Source: Planctomycetota bacterium
GTDB lineage: Bacteria; Planctomycetota; SZUA-567; H5-PLA8
Direction of reading: 5' to 3'
DNA length: 51,498 nt
NCBI GenBank assembly: GCA_026692735.1
Contig: JAPLOD010000717.1
Location: forward strand, 2,794-54,291
A program made the translations under genes and the position numbers. A model generated the notes under the pieces. It made no database searches. It saw only the letters and a list, made by a program, of their open reading frames with translations, and had not been told where the DNA came from. The first letter of the stretch is position 1. Every line of letters starts with the position of its first letter. Shown here piece by piece: positions 37,649 through 46,189 of this stretch.

Positions 37649-38971
37649 ATGATTGCGAACCGGATCATCACCGTGGTGCTGTGCCTCGCCGCGACGTCGG
37701 CGACCGCGGCCAACGTCCAGAACCAGGATGAGGAGCTGGACATCATCGTCCGCGCCGACAAGATCCCGGTGCCGCCCACGATCATCAGCCAGGACAATTA
37801 CCTCCAGGTGATCGGCAAGAAGGCCGGCGAGGTGAAGGTGCCGTCGTACGCGGTCAAGGAGGTCATCTACGCCAACCGCGATGCGAACTACAGCGCCGCC
37901 CTCGAGAAGCGCGATGAAGGCCGCTACAGGCTGGCCGCGCTCTATTTCCGGAAGGCACTGGAGAACATGAGCGCCCAGAAATGGGCCGCGGAGTACTGCA
38001 ACTACGGCATCGGCGACGCCCTGTACCAGAGCGGCGACTTCAAGGGCTACAAGGGCAAGTCGGGGACCGAGTACGCGCCGCCGTCCCAGTACTTCCAGAA
38101 GGTGCTGGCCGCTAACCCCAAGTCCCGCTTCCTGCCCGATATCCTGGTGAAGCTGCCGGTGTGCCTGGCCGAGGAAGACAAGCTCGACGAGGCGGAGGCG
38201 AAACTCAAAGAGGCCGAAACGCGCATCAAGGCCTACCGCGATGAGACGATCAAGGTCCACACGGGCTTCGGCGAGATCGCCGACCGCGCCACCGCCCAAC
38301 TGGCCATCGCCGACGCGCGCCTGGCGAAGCGTAAGGCGAAGGACGGCAAGGCAAAATGGGACGAAGTCCGCGACAAGTGGAGCGCCGCCCGCTCCAAGTG
38401 CCTCAAGTTCCCCGAACCCCTCGCGGAGGCCGTGGACGGCGTCCTCGAAGCACTCTTGATGATGAAGGACTACAACGGCGCCCAGGCCGAGGCGGAGAGC
38501 GTCATCAGCAGGTACAAGACGGAAGGCGACACCAAGCTGCTGCCGATGCTCCCGGGCGCGTATACCGCGCTCGGCAAGGCCCATCTCGCCCAGGCCGTCG
38601 AGTTCAAGGGCCGCGGCGCGCAGATCCCCTCACGCACCAAGTTTTCTGAAGCGCGCTGGGCCTTCCTGCATGTGGTGGGGCAGTTCTTCGACAACGATGA
38701 GTATGTCGCTGGGGCGCACTACTTCGCCGGAATCTGCTGCGATGATCTTCGCGAGGTGGAGAGCGATGCCGGGGAACGGGCCATACGGCACTGGAAGCTG
38801 ATCGTCAGAAACTTCCCCAAGAGCGATTATCGGGCGCCTGCCGAGAAGGAACTGGCTCGCGTCGGCACGGCCGCCCCGGCGGCCCAACCGCAGCCGCCAG
38901 CGGAGGCTAAAGCCGAACCCAAGGCCGAACCCAAGCCTGAACCCAAGCCCGCCCCCAAGGCAAAGAAGTAA
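37649..38971 (+). CDS. Exported TPR protein with C-terminal (P/A)K(A/P)E repeats
   Basis: GGGAGAG RBS; signal peptide MIANRIITVVLCLAATSATAA; TPR-like YGIGDALYQSGDF, NPKSRF, AYTALGKAHL, AHYFAG, FPKSDY. Confidence 0.88.
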   Translation: MIANRIITVVLCLAATSATAANVQNQDEELDIIVRADKIPVPPTIISQDNYLQVIGKKAGEVKVPSYAVKEVIYANRDANYSAALEKRDEGRYRLAALYFRKALENMSAQKWAAEYCNYGIGDALYQSGDFKGYKGKSGTEYAPPSQYFQKVLAANPKSRFLPDILVKLPVCLAEEDKLDEAEAKLKEAETRIKAYRDETIKVHTGFGEIADRATAQLAIADARLAKRKAKDGKAKWDEVRDKWSAARSKCLKFPEPLAEAVDGVLEALLMMKDYNGAQAEAESVISRYKTEGDTKLLPMLPGAYTALGKAHLAQAVEFKGRGAQIPSRTKFSEARWAFLHVVGQFFDNDEYVAGAHYFAGICCDDLREVESDAGERAIRHWKLIVRNFPKSDYRAPAEKELARVGTAAPAAQPQPPAEAKAEPKAEPKPEPKPAPKAKK

Positions 38972-39005
38972 CAGCAACGTCGGTTGGTAGTCTCGCCCCT
39001 GCCTG

Positions 39006-39029
39006 CCCCTCTCCCGACCGGGAGAGGGG
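39006..39029. repeat. CCCCTCTCCC...GGGAGAGGGG REP-like hairpin between convergent genes
   Basis: CCCCTCTCCCG-AC-CGGGAGAGGGG. Confidence 0.8.
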
Positions 39030-39038
39030 AATTTGCTT

Positions 39039-40277
39039 CTACCCCCGCGCCAGCACCACCGCGGCGTTCGTGCCGCCGAAGCCATACGACGTCTTCAGCA
39101 CCGTTCTGAAGACGCCCTCCAGCGGCTTGCCGGTGGGAGTGCACAGGTCGCACGCGGGGTCTTTTTCGGCGGGGTCCAGCCCCAGGACCGGCGGCACCTT
39201 GCCGTCACGCATCGTCAGCACGGCGGCAGCCGCCTCGAGGATTCCGGCCGCCCCCATGCAGTGGCCGATCGAGCTCTTCACGCTGCACACCGGGATCTCC
39301 CGCCCCCGTGCGCCGAACACCGCGTGCACGGCTTTGGTCTCGATGGCGTCGTTATAGGGCGTGCCTGTGGCGTGCAGGTTGAGGTGCGCGATCTGGTCGG
39401 GCGGCACGCCCGCGTCCGCCAGCGCGGCACGCATCAGGGCCTGGATGCCGTGCCCTTCCTGTTCGGGTGCAGTCATATGATAGGCGTCGTTGTTCATCGC
39501 CCGGCCCAGCACCCGCGCGTACACTCGCGGCGCCTTCCGCGCGGCGGCGTGCGCGGCGCTCTCCAGCACCATCACGCCCGCGCCTTCGGAGAACAGCGTG
39601 CCCTTGCGGCGCCTGTCGAACGGACGGATGGTCTCCGGCGTGATGGCCCTCAGCGCCGAAAGCCCGGCATAGATGTACAGTGACAGCTCATCATAGCCGC
39701 CCGCCAGCGCGACCGCCGCCCGCCCGCGGCGGATTGCATCGCACGCCAGGCCGATCGCCGCCGTGCCCGAGGCGCACGAGAGCGAATGGCTGACGTGCGG
39801 GCCGACAAGGCCGAAGCGGCCCGCCAGCGCCTCCCCGGCCACTCCGAAAAGGTAGCCGTCCAGGCTCGCCTTCGAGATATCCCCGCGGCCCTCGACCAAA
39901 GCCGTTTCCGCGACGGACATGCCGCCGAAGTTCGTCCCCGTCACGATGAACGCGCCGCGCATGCCCTCGTCGCCCGCCACTCGCGCCGCGATGTCGTCGG
40001 CGCCGCTCTCAGGCGGCAGGTCCAGGGCGTCGCGGAGCGCTTCATCGGCGGCATCCAGCAGCATCCGCACAGCGCGACTGGGCACGGCGGGAGCGGAGGC
40101 TGGCGGGTATCCGGCAACGGTCCCCGCGAGCGGATTGCGGAACATCGAGGCGTCAAACAGGTCCACCGGCCTGAACGCGGACCGGCCCTCCAGAAGACCG
40201 GCCCACAGCGCCGCCGTCCCGCGGCCGTGCGGCGAGATACAGCCCAGCCCGGTGATCACGACCTCAGGAAGTGCCAT
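39039..40277 (-). CDS. fabF: Beta-ketoacyl-ACP synthase II-like protein
   Basis: VVITGLG..SP.G, SCASG (Cys), RPFD.RR.G...EGAG, DAYHMTAP, HATGT..ND (His), KSSIGH (His), SYGFGGTNA. Confidence 0.88.
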   Translation of the reverse strand: MALPEVVITGLGCISPHGRGTAALWAGLLEGRSAFRPVDLFDASMFRNPLAGTVAGYPPASAPAVPSRAVRMLLDAADEALRDALDLPPESGADDIAARVAGDEGMRGAFIVTGTNFGGMSVAETALVEGRGDISKASLDGYLFGVAGEALAGRFGLVGPHVSHSLSCASGTAAIGLACDAIRRGRAAVALAGGYDELSLYIYAGLSALRAITPETIRPFDRRRKGTLFSEGAGVMVLESAAHAAARKAPRVYARVLGRAMNNDAYHMTAPEQEGHGIQALMRAALADAGVPPDQIAHLNLHATGTPYNDAIETKAVHAVFGARGREIPVCSVKSSIGHCMGAAGILEAAAAVLTMRDGKVPPVLGLDPAEKDPACDLCTPTGKPLEGVFRTVLKTSYGFGGTNAAVVLARG

Positions 40278-40286
40278 CTGACCGGC

Positions 40287-42104
40287 TTACTCCACATCCT
40301 TCACGCAGCGGAAGCCCAGGTAGGAGGCGCTGGTTTCCGGAGGAAGGTATTGCACGCTGGTGCAACGCGCCAGTTCCGCGGCGCTGTCCAGGTAACACGA
40401 GCCTTTCACCGCGCGGCACAAGCGTTCGCCCGCCCGTCGCGCGCTCGAAGTCCACTGGAGCACGTTCCCGACCATGTCGCGCACGCCGTAGGGACTCGCG
40501 CTCTGCGGATGGCTGCCAACCGGCGCGGTGCCCGGCACGTCGCGCGGCTTTCTCTTCGTGCTCTCGCCGCCGGTGCGCAGGCGCACACGGCCCGGCTTGA
40601 AGGTGTTGCCGAAGGGGAACTTGCGGCCGTCCGCGCCGCGCGCCGCTTTCTCCCATTCGTACATCGTGGGCAGCCGCTTGCCGTGGAACTCGGCGTACTC
40701 GTTGGCCTCGTACCACGTGACCTGTGTCACCGGATGGCGGTCATACTGCGGATCTCTGGAACCGGGACCGCCCCGCCGCGGCGCCCGGCAGACCGCGCTC
40801 AGAAACGCCTTGTACTCGCCCTCGGTCACCGGGCAGGTGTCAACCGCGAACGCGCGCAGAGTGCGCGGCACCTTATGCTCACCCGACAGGAAACTCCCCG
40901 CCGCAACCAGGACCATGTTCTCAAGCTGGACCGCGGTACGCCCGCCTGACGCGCCCGCGCCGGGCCCGCGTGTCGTACGGCCGCCCCCCGCCCTCACCGC
41001 GGAAGCAACCGAGCCCAATGCCAGGCCCGCGGACTCCGCCGGCGCGGCGCTGTGTTCCCCGCAACAGGGACACGCCGCGCCGCCCTGGTCCGGCACAAGC
41101 ACAAAGCCGCATCCCGGACACGGCGCGCCCGCCTGCGCCCAGGGCAGTGCGCGCAGCGCCTCCAACGAGTCCCGCAGTGCCGCCGCGGACAAACGCTGCG
41201 CGGGCGTCTTGTTCAGGCAGGCGGCGACGATGCTGCGCAGTTCGGCCGGCACCCGCGCCGACGCCGGGTCGTCCAGGAACTCGCGCGCGGGGTCACGCCT
41301 GCCGGCGGCCCATTCGGCCGCCGCTGCCCATCCCACTTGCGCTGACTCCGCGCCCCCGACGCCGACCCCCAGGAGGAATGCGGCCAGGCGCCCGGCGCTG
41401 AAGACGCACGCGGCTGGAGTGGCCTCCTCGTCACCGTACAGTTCCGGCGCCAGGAAGTCGGCCCACGGGAGCGGCTGGTACGGAGACGGCGGGTCCGGCA
41501 AACCGGGGCAGAGCGCCAGTTGCGCGTTGTCGCAGCGAAGCCCGATCATCTCCGGGTTGAGGTTCCGCGCGAGCGCTCGCCACACGCCGCTCAGGAGCGG
41601 GCTGGCCTGGAGCGGGCCCTCCAGGACCTCCAGCAGTTCATGCAGCGCGGCGGCGAAGTGCGCCAGGACAGGGACAGCCGCGGGCGCGGCCAGCGGCCCT
41701 GTCGCGGGCACGAATTCCGCCAGCGTCAACGCCGCGGGCACGGCCACGATCGCCATCCCATCCCGGACAGGGTCGCCAACCCATGACAGGTGTCCCAGCG
41801 CCGGCAGCTCCCGGAATGTCTCCAGCGGCGCCGCAGCGCCGCGGGCCGCGCGCCGCCGGCTTGTGGGCGCGGGAGTATGGGTTGCGCGCAGACGGATGGC
41901 CGCCCCCAACGCGGCAAGCAGCTCCGTCACCGGCGCAGCGTGCAACCGCCTTTCGAGCGGCACCAGCAGGAAACGGGAGGCTTCGCCGCGCGCGCCGGCG
42001 GGTGGCCCGTGGAGTGGCACCAGCCATGCTCCCCCCACGCCGCCCGCCACACTCTCAACGCGGTAGCGGTTCCACAAGCGGTCGCCGGGAAGCAGGTTCA
42101 GCAT
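40287..42104 (-). CDS. Degenerate protein-kinase-fold domain + zinc ribbon + FGE-sulfatase (SUMF1/EgtB) domain
   Basis: N-terminal RYRVESV, RNLNPEMI, FLAPE, VFSAG, ACLNKTPAQR; CPGCG...CPCCG; C-terminal HPVTQVTWYEA..YA...GKRLPT..EWEKAARG.DGR.FP.G, SPYGV.DM.GNV.QW, GFRC. Confidence 0.88.
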   Translation of the reverse strand: MLNLLPGDRLWNRYRVESVAGGVGGAWLVPLHGPPAGARGEASRFLLVPLERRLHAAPVTELLAALGAAIRLRATHTPAPTSRRRAARGAAAPLETFRELPALGHLSWVGDPVRDGMAIVAVPAALTLAEFVPATGPLAAPAAVPVLAHFAAALHELLEVLEGPLQASPLLSGVWRALARNLNPEMIGLRCDNAQLALCPGLPDPPSPYQPLPWADFLAPELYGDEEATPAACVFSAGRLAAFLLGVGVGGAESAQVGWAAAAEWAAGRRDPAREFLDDPASARVPAELRSIVAACLNKTPAQRLSAAALRDSLEALRALPWAQAGAPCPGCGFVLVPDQGGAACPCCGEHSAAPAESAGLALGSVASAVRAGGGRTTRGPGAGASGGRTAVQLENMVLVAAGSFLSGEHKVPRTLRAFAVDTCPVTEGEYKAFLSAVCRAPRRGGPGSRDPQYDRHPVTQVTWYEANEYAEFHGKRLPTMYEWEKAARGADGRKFPFGNTFKPGRVRLRTGGESTKRKPRDVPGTAPVGSHPQSASPYGVRDMVGNVLQWTSSARRAGERLCRAVKGSCYLDSAAELARCTSVQYLPPETSASYLGFRCVKDVE

Positions 42105-42119
42105 AGGCGCAAGCCGGTC

Positions 42120-43016
42120 TCAAGGCACAACTTCGATATCGGCAAACTTCTTGGCGGCAAGCTCGCGGACAGCGGCCAGGCTGTCGGCCAGGCGCGTGTA
42201 GAAATCCGCCTCCTGGCCAGCCCGCAACGCAACGTCCACATACGACATAACCAGGGCCTTCTGCTCGTTCACATCCAGTGTGCCGTCGGCGTCCTTGTCA
42301 AAGCCCTTGATCCGGTAGCCCCTTCCCTCCGTGGCCCCGCGGCCCCCGCGGATCGCCGTCGCGGCGTTCGGCGGCAGGTTGCCGGCCTGCTCCAGTTCCT
42401 CGGCGGTGATGAACCCGTCTCCATTGGCATCCAGGTCCTGGAAGAGGCGCTGCGCGGCACTCACTATCGCTGCGACATCGTGGTATCTCTCCCCGCTCAG
42501 CTTGCCGTGGACATCACGCTCAATGCGCGCCAGTGTCTCCGAGATGTCGGTGGCCAGAGCTTGCTGCGTGCGGCGGACATCGGCAGCCACGCGGAAGGTC
42601 ACGATCTCCGGAACCTGGAAGTCCAGCTTGACGTGCACCGGCGCGCGCGCTTCGGCTGCGCCTGCCCCCTCGCCCACGGTGCCCCAACTCCGGTTGAAAC
42701 GCGACTCGCGCCGCGCCCGGTCCTCTTCGGCCGTGAGCCGTTCCTGCTCGTCCTTCTTGACCTGCTTCTTGATGTCCTCCAGCTCCGCCACGGCCCTCTT
42801 CTCCTTGCTCTCCATCAACGCCTGGATCCACTGGCTGATCCTGGCCGCCTCAGTAGCGCCGTCCTTGAGGATGACGGTGCGCGACGGCACGCGCGGCAGG
42901 CCCGCCAGGGCCGCCCTCCTGTCGCTGTCGGCATCGGCTGGCTCGGCCCCGCGCAGAGCGGAGTGGGCGAGCAGTGCGCCAACGGTCACACACACGAGGA
43001 AACGGATGGAGCGCAT
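42120..43016 (-). CDS. Exported EF-hand protein
   Basis: Signal peptide ending LRG-A; EF-hand loops DANGDGFITAEE and DKDADGTLDVNE; coiled-coil segment. Confidence 0.8.
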   Translation of the reverse strand: MRSIRFLVCVTVGALLAHSALRGAEPADADSDRRAALAGLPRVPSRTVILKDGATEAARISQWIQALMESKEKRAVAELEDIKKQVKKDEQERLTAEEDRARRESRFNRSWGTVGEGAGAAEARAPVHVKLDFQVPEIVTFRVAADVRRTQQALATDISETLARIERDVHGKLSGERYHDVAAIVSAAQRLFQDLDANGDGFITAEELEQAGNLPPNAATAIRGGRGATEGRGYRIKGFDKDADGTLDVNEQKALVMSYVDVALRAGQEADFYTRLADSLAAVRELAAKKFADIEVVP

Positions 43017-43099
43017 GTTGGTTGTCCCCAAGCCAAGGACGTGCCTAGTGTCGTGTATCTTGCCGGGATGTCAATGTGTTTCACCCACAAGTGGCCCCG

Positions 43100-43951
43100 T
43101 TACTGGTTCTCACGAGACGGTGCGTCGGCATCGGACGAATACGGGAACGACGGCTCGGTGTCCCATCCGAGCGCGCGGTCGGGCGCCAGGCGGTTGGCCC
43201 CGCAGGCGCGCAGCACGTACTTGATCATGGTGTTGCTGTTCTGCGCCGGCTTATATGCCGGGCCGCCAAGGCCGACGTTGTGCGTGCCCGTCCCACCCGT
43301 TCCCGGATCGCCGGGCTTCGCGTTCTTGGCGCCGTACTTCCGTATCTGCGCCTCGACTTCGCGGTAGTCGCACGGGACTCTCTCGTCCACGGCAACCACG
43401 ATCGGTTGCCCCTTGTTGTCCTTGTCGCGCGGAACCCGCCCTGGAACGATGAAGATGCCGTACGCTTCATACGCCGTGCCCGGGAACTCGCCGCCGCCCA
43501 CACGGTACGCCTCCGCCTTGGGCGCAAAGTACCTGGAGCGCAGTTCTCCGTGGAACCATTCGCCGTTCTCGGTCCGCCATTCAAGCGCGCAGTGCACCGA
43601 GTCCTCGTGGTCGCGGAACCACTGGCGCCAGCCGGCGAAGGGCGGGAACGGCAGCGGCGGCACGATGGGCCGGTATCGTCTGGCGACATCCGTCTTGACT
43701 GCGACCAGACGCACTTGCGGCTTCCCGTCGTCGGGCTCGATGAACACGGCTGACAACGCAGCCGAGTCGCCCGCCGCCTGAGTTGCCGCTTGTTTCTGCG
43801 ACACGTCGGCCGGCGGCGTGCCCGACCCCTTGCCCTCCGCCGGGCCGTTGGGGGCAGGTTCCGGCGCCGCCGCCAAGGCGTCCTTGTCCTGGGCCTTAGC
43901 TGCTGACAACACCACGCAGCATGCGGCAAGGAGCCCGCAGGCGACGCTCAT
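43100..43951 (-). CDS. Exported hypothetical protein resembling DUF3750/permuted papain-like fold
   Basis: Signal peptide ending AKA-Q; GW...VHCAL, Y.P.QNSNT.I.YVLR and P..ALGWD recall DUF3750-type NSNT proteins. Start uncertain (44014 or 43951). Confidence 0.65.
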   Translation of the reverse strand: MSVACGLLAACCVVLSAAKAQDKDALAAAPEPAPNGPAEGKGSGTPPADVSQKQAATQAAGDSAALSAVFIEPDDGKPQVRLVAVKTDVARRYRPIVPPLPFPPFAGWRQWFRDHEDSVHCALEWRTENGEWFHGELRSRYFAPKAEAYRVGGGEFPGTAYEAYGIFIVPGRVPRDKDNKGQPIVVAVDERVPCDYREVEAQIRKYGAKNAKPGDPGTGGTGTHNVGLGGPAYKPAQNSNTMIKYVLRACGANRLAPDRALGWDTEPSFPYSSDADAPSRENQ

Positions 43952-44099
43952 GACAGTGCGCTTCCCAGACCGACCGAAGCCCAAAAACAGTAACCCCGCA
44001 AACAGAGGATTCACATAGTGATTATATCGCCAAAACCACCGTCAATTTCCAGCGGAATTAGGGCTTGCGGGAAAGTAAACCCTTAAGCGGGGTCGCGGC

Positions 44100-44229
44100 C
44101 TAGCCTGGACTATTCACCGCAGAGGCACAGAGGACGCAGAGTGAAATGATGAACACAGGGCTGTTTCCCATGTACTTCCCTGCTGTTCTCTGCGCTCTCC
44201 GCGTCTCCGCGGTGAATAATGCGGGCTAG
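44100..44229. mobile_element. 130-bp MITE-like element bounded by CTAG with ~42-bp imperfect terminal inverted repeats
   Basis: Left CTAGCCTGGACTATTCACCGCAGAGGCACAGAGGACGCAGAG; reverse complement of the right end CTAGCCCGCATTATTCACCGCGGAGACGCGGAGAGCGCAGAG. Confidence 0.8.
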
Positions 44230-45590
44230 AAGTCAAGCTCCCCCGGCCGGGCCTCGGCGCGGGGCTTATGCTTGTTCTGTTCTTCCTTGTTCAGGTAGAG
44301 GTCCAGCATCTTCCGGGCAATTTTACGTTTGCCGGACGGCGCATCCGGAAACTTCGATAGATAGGCCGCCCAGGCGTCCGCGCCCGCCGCCGGAGCGGCG
44401 CGGAATGCGTCCTCCATTTCCAGCAGCCTGGTGAATTCGGCCGCCTCGGCGCCATCAACGGTGACGGGCCCGCTTGGCGTCGCCGCCGCCGGCGCTTTGC
44501 CCGGCGCGGGTGCCGCAGCCGGCTTGAAGCCCGCGAACCACGTGACCACATGCAGCAGCACGAACACCAGCAGCGCCGTCGCCGCAGCGGAAGCAAGCGC
44601 CACGACCAGCGCGCGGCGCAGGGGCGCCAACCTTCCACGCCGGCGTCCCGCCTCCTGGCTCCCGACCGCGAATGCCCGGCTCGCGGAAGACGGCAGCATC
44701 CGCGGAACATCCGGCGCGCCTGGCACCTGCCGCTTCTCCAGCGCCTCCGCCACCTCGAACGCCGCTTTTGCGGACTGAAACCTGTGCTCGGGCTCCCGCG
44801 CCATGAGCGTCTCGACGAAACTGACAAATTCCTCCGAGAGATCGGGCCTGCACTTGGCCAACGGGACGGCCGCTTCGGTCAGATGCCGCGACATCACCGC
44901 CAGCGGACTGCCTTTCTCAAACGGCGTCTGCCCCGTCGTGGCCACGTACAGAGTCACGCCCAGCGAGTAGAGATCGGAACGCGGATCGGCGTAACAGCCG
45001 CGGATCATCTCCGGCGCCATGAAGTGCGGAGTGCCGATGGGCCGCGAATCCAGATGCGGCGAGAAGAACGCGGTCTGGCAACTGGCCAACCCCAGACCGA
45101 TGACGCGCACGCCTCCGTTGGTCTCCAGGAGGATATTCTTCGGCTTCAGGTTGCGGTGGCAGATGTCCCGCGCGTGCAAGGCGGCCAGCGCGCGCAGCAC
45201 CTGCGTGGCCAGGCGGGTGGCGAATCGCTCGTCGCTCGCGCCGACTTCTGCCAGGTGCTGCTGCAGCGTCTGCCCCGTGACGTATTCCAGCGACGCGAAA
45301 TGAAAACCGTCCACGGTGCCGGTGTCGTAGAGCGTCAGGAGATTGGGATGCGACACTTGCGCGTACACGTACGACGCGCGGTTGAACCGCTCCAGTGCCA
45401 CGTCCGTGGGCGGCGGCCACTCAGGCAGGATCTTCAGGGCGACGATGCGACCGAGACGATCCTGCCGTGCTCGGTAGATCGAGCCGCAGGAGCCGTCGTG
45501 GATGAGCTCCAGCATGGTGAAACCGGCCACGCGCGGCGGCTTGATGTGCAGCCCCGAGTCGCTGGAAAGGTTGGGGTGGATGCTAGGCAT
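44226..45590 (-). CDS. Membrane Ser/Thr kinase-fold protein, probable pseudokinase
   Basis: VALK, HPNL, GTPHFMAPE and SDLYSLG are present, but HRD reads HRN and DFG reads GLG; C-terminal TM helix. Confidence 0.9.
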   Translation of the reverse strand: MPSIHPNLSSDSGLHIKPPRVAGFTMLELIHDGSCGSIYRARQDRLGRIVALKILPEWPPPTDVALERFNRASYVYAQVSHPNLLTLYDTGTVDGFHFASLEYVTGQTLQQHLAEVGASDERFATRLATQVLRALAALHARDICHRNLKPKNILLETNGGVRVIGLGLASCQTAFFSPHLDSRPIGTPHFMAPEMIRGCYADPRSDLYSLGVTLYVATTGQTPFEKGSPLAVMSRHLTEAAVPLAKCRPDLSEEFVSFVETLMAREPEHRFQSAKAAFEVAEALEKRQVPGAPDVPRMLPSSASRAFAVGSQEAGRRRGRLAPLRRALVVALASAAATALLVFVLLHVVTWFAGFKPAAAPAPGKAPAAATPSGPVTVDGAEAAEFTRLLEMEDAFRAAPAAGADAWAAYLSKFPDAPSGKRKIARKMLDLYLNKEEQNKHKPRAEARPGELDF

Positions 45591-45782
45591 CAGGGCTTAT
45601 CCCCACCACGTAGCCCGGTTAACCTGCCTTGCGGCTCGCACTTCGGGCATCGCGCCCGCTGACGACCCGCTGCTACTACAAGTCTACCCGCAAGAACCTT
45701 ATGAAGCAAGGTTTTATGTGAACTGAGAATCTGCCATCTTCGCCCTTGGCAAGGGGGCGCTGAAATGGTAAAAGACACGGAC

Positions 45783-46094
45783 ATGAGCATTTGTGTGAAC
45801 CATACCAACCGCGCGGCGACTGCCCGCTGTGTCACCTGTCACAAACCCCTTTGCGCTGAATGTATCGTCAAAGTCAAGGGGTCCACGTACTGTTCCCAGA
45901 CATGCGCGGACAACGCCGCCAGGTTCAACGCCGGCTTCCGCCCTGAACGCGGGCCGGGCTTGTTCGCGAGCATCAAGAACCTGATCGTCTCCCTGGTCGG
46001 CCTGGCGATCGGGCTGGCCGTTCTCGTGGGCATCGGCGCCTACGTGCTGAACATCGGGTTCTGCCAGAAAATCATCAAGATGCTTGGTCTGTGA
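45783..46094 (+). CDS. B-box-type zinc finger membrane protein
   Basis: CVNH...A.ARCVTCHKPLCAEC......YCS..C, then a TM helix. Confidence 0.88.
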   Translation: MSICVNHTNRAATARCVTCHKPLCAECIVKVKGSTYCSQTCADNAARFNAGFRPERGPGLFASIKNLIVSLVGLAIGLAVLVGIGAYVLNIGFCQKIIKMLGL

Positions 46095-46108
46095 ACGCGA
46101 GGCACACG

Positions 46109-46139
46109 GTGTAACTCATAATTTGTAAAGAGGTTACAC
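46109..46139. promoter_or_regulatory. AT-rich spaced palindrome (GTGTAAC-N17-GTTACAC)
   Basis: GTGTAACTCATAATTTGTAAAGAGGTTACAC between convergent genes; function unknown. Confidence 0.5.
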
Positions 46140-46189
46140 GTTCTACCTCAAGCCGTATGCTTCGCGTGTTACGCGATGCATCGTACGTG

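Noticed and set aside
40287-40450. DGR variable region in the FGE-type domain
   Set aside because: No reverse transcriptase or template repeat seen in the window.
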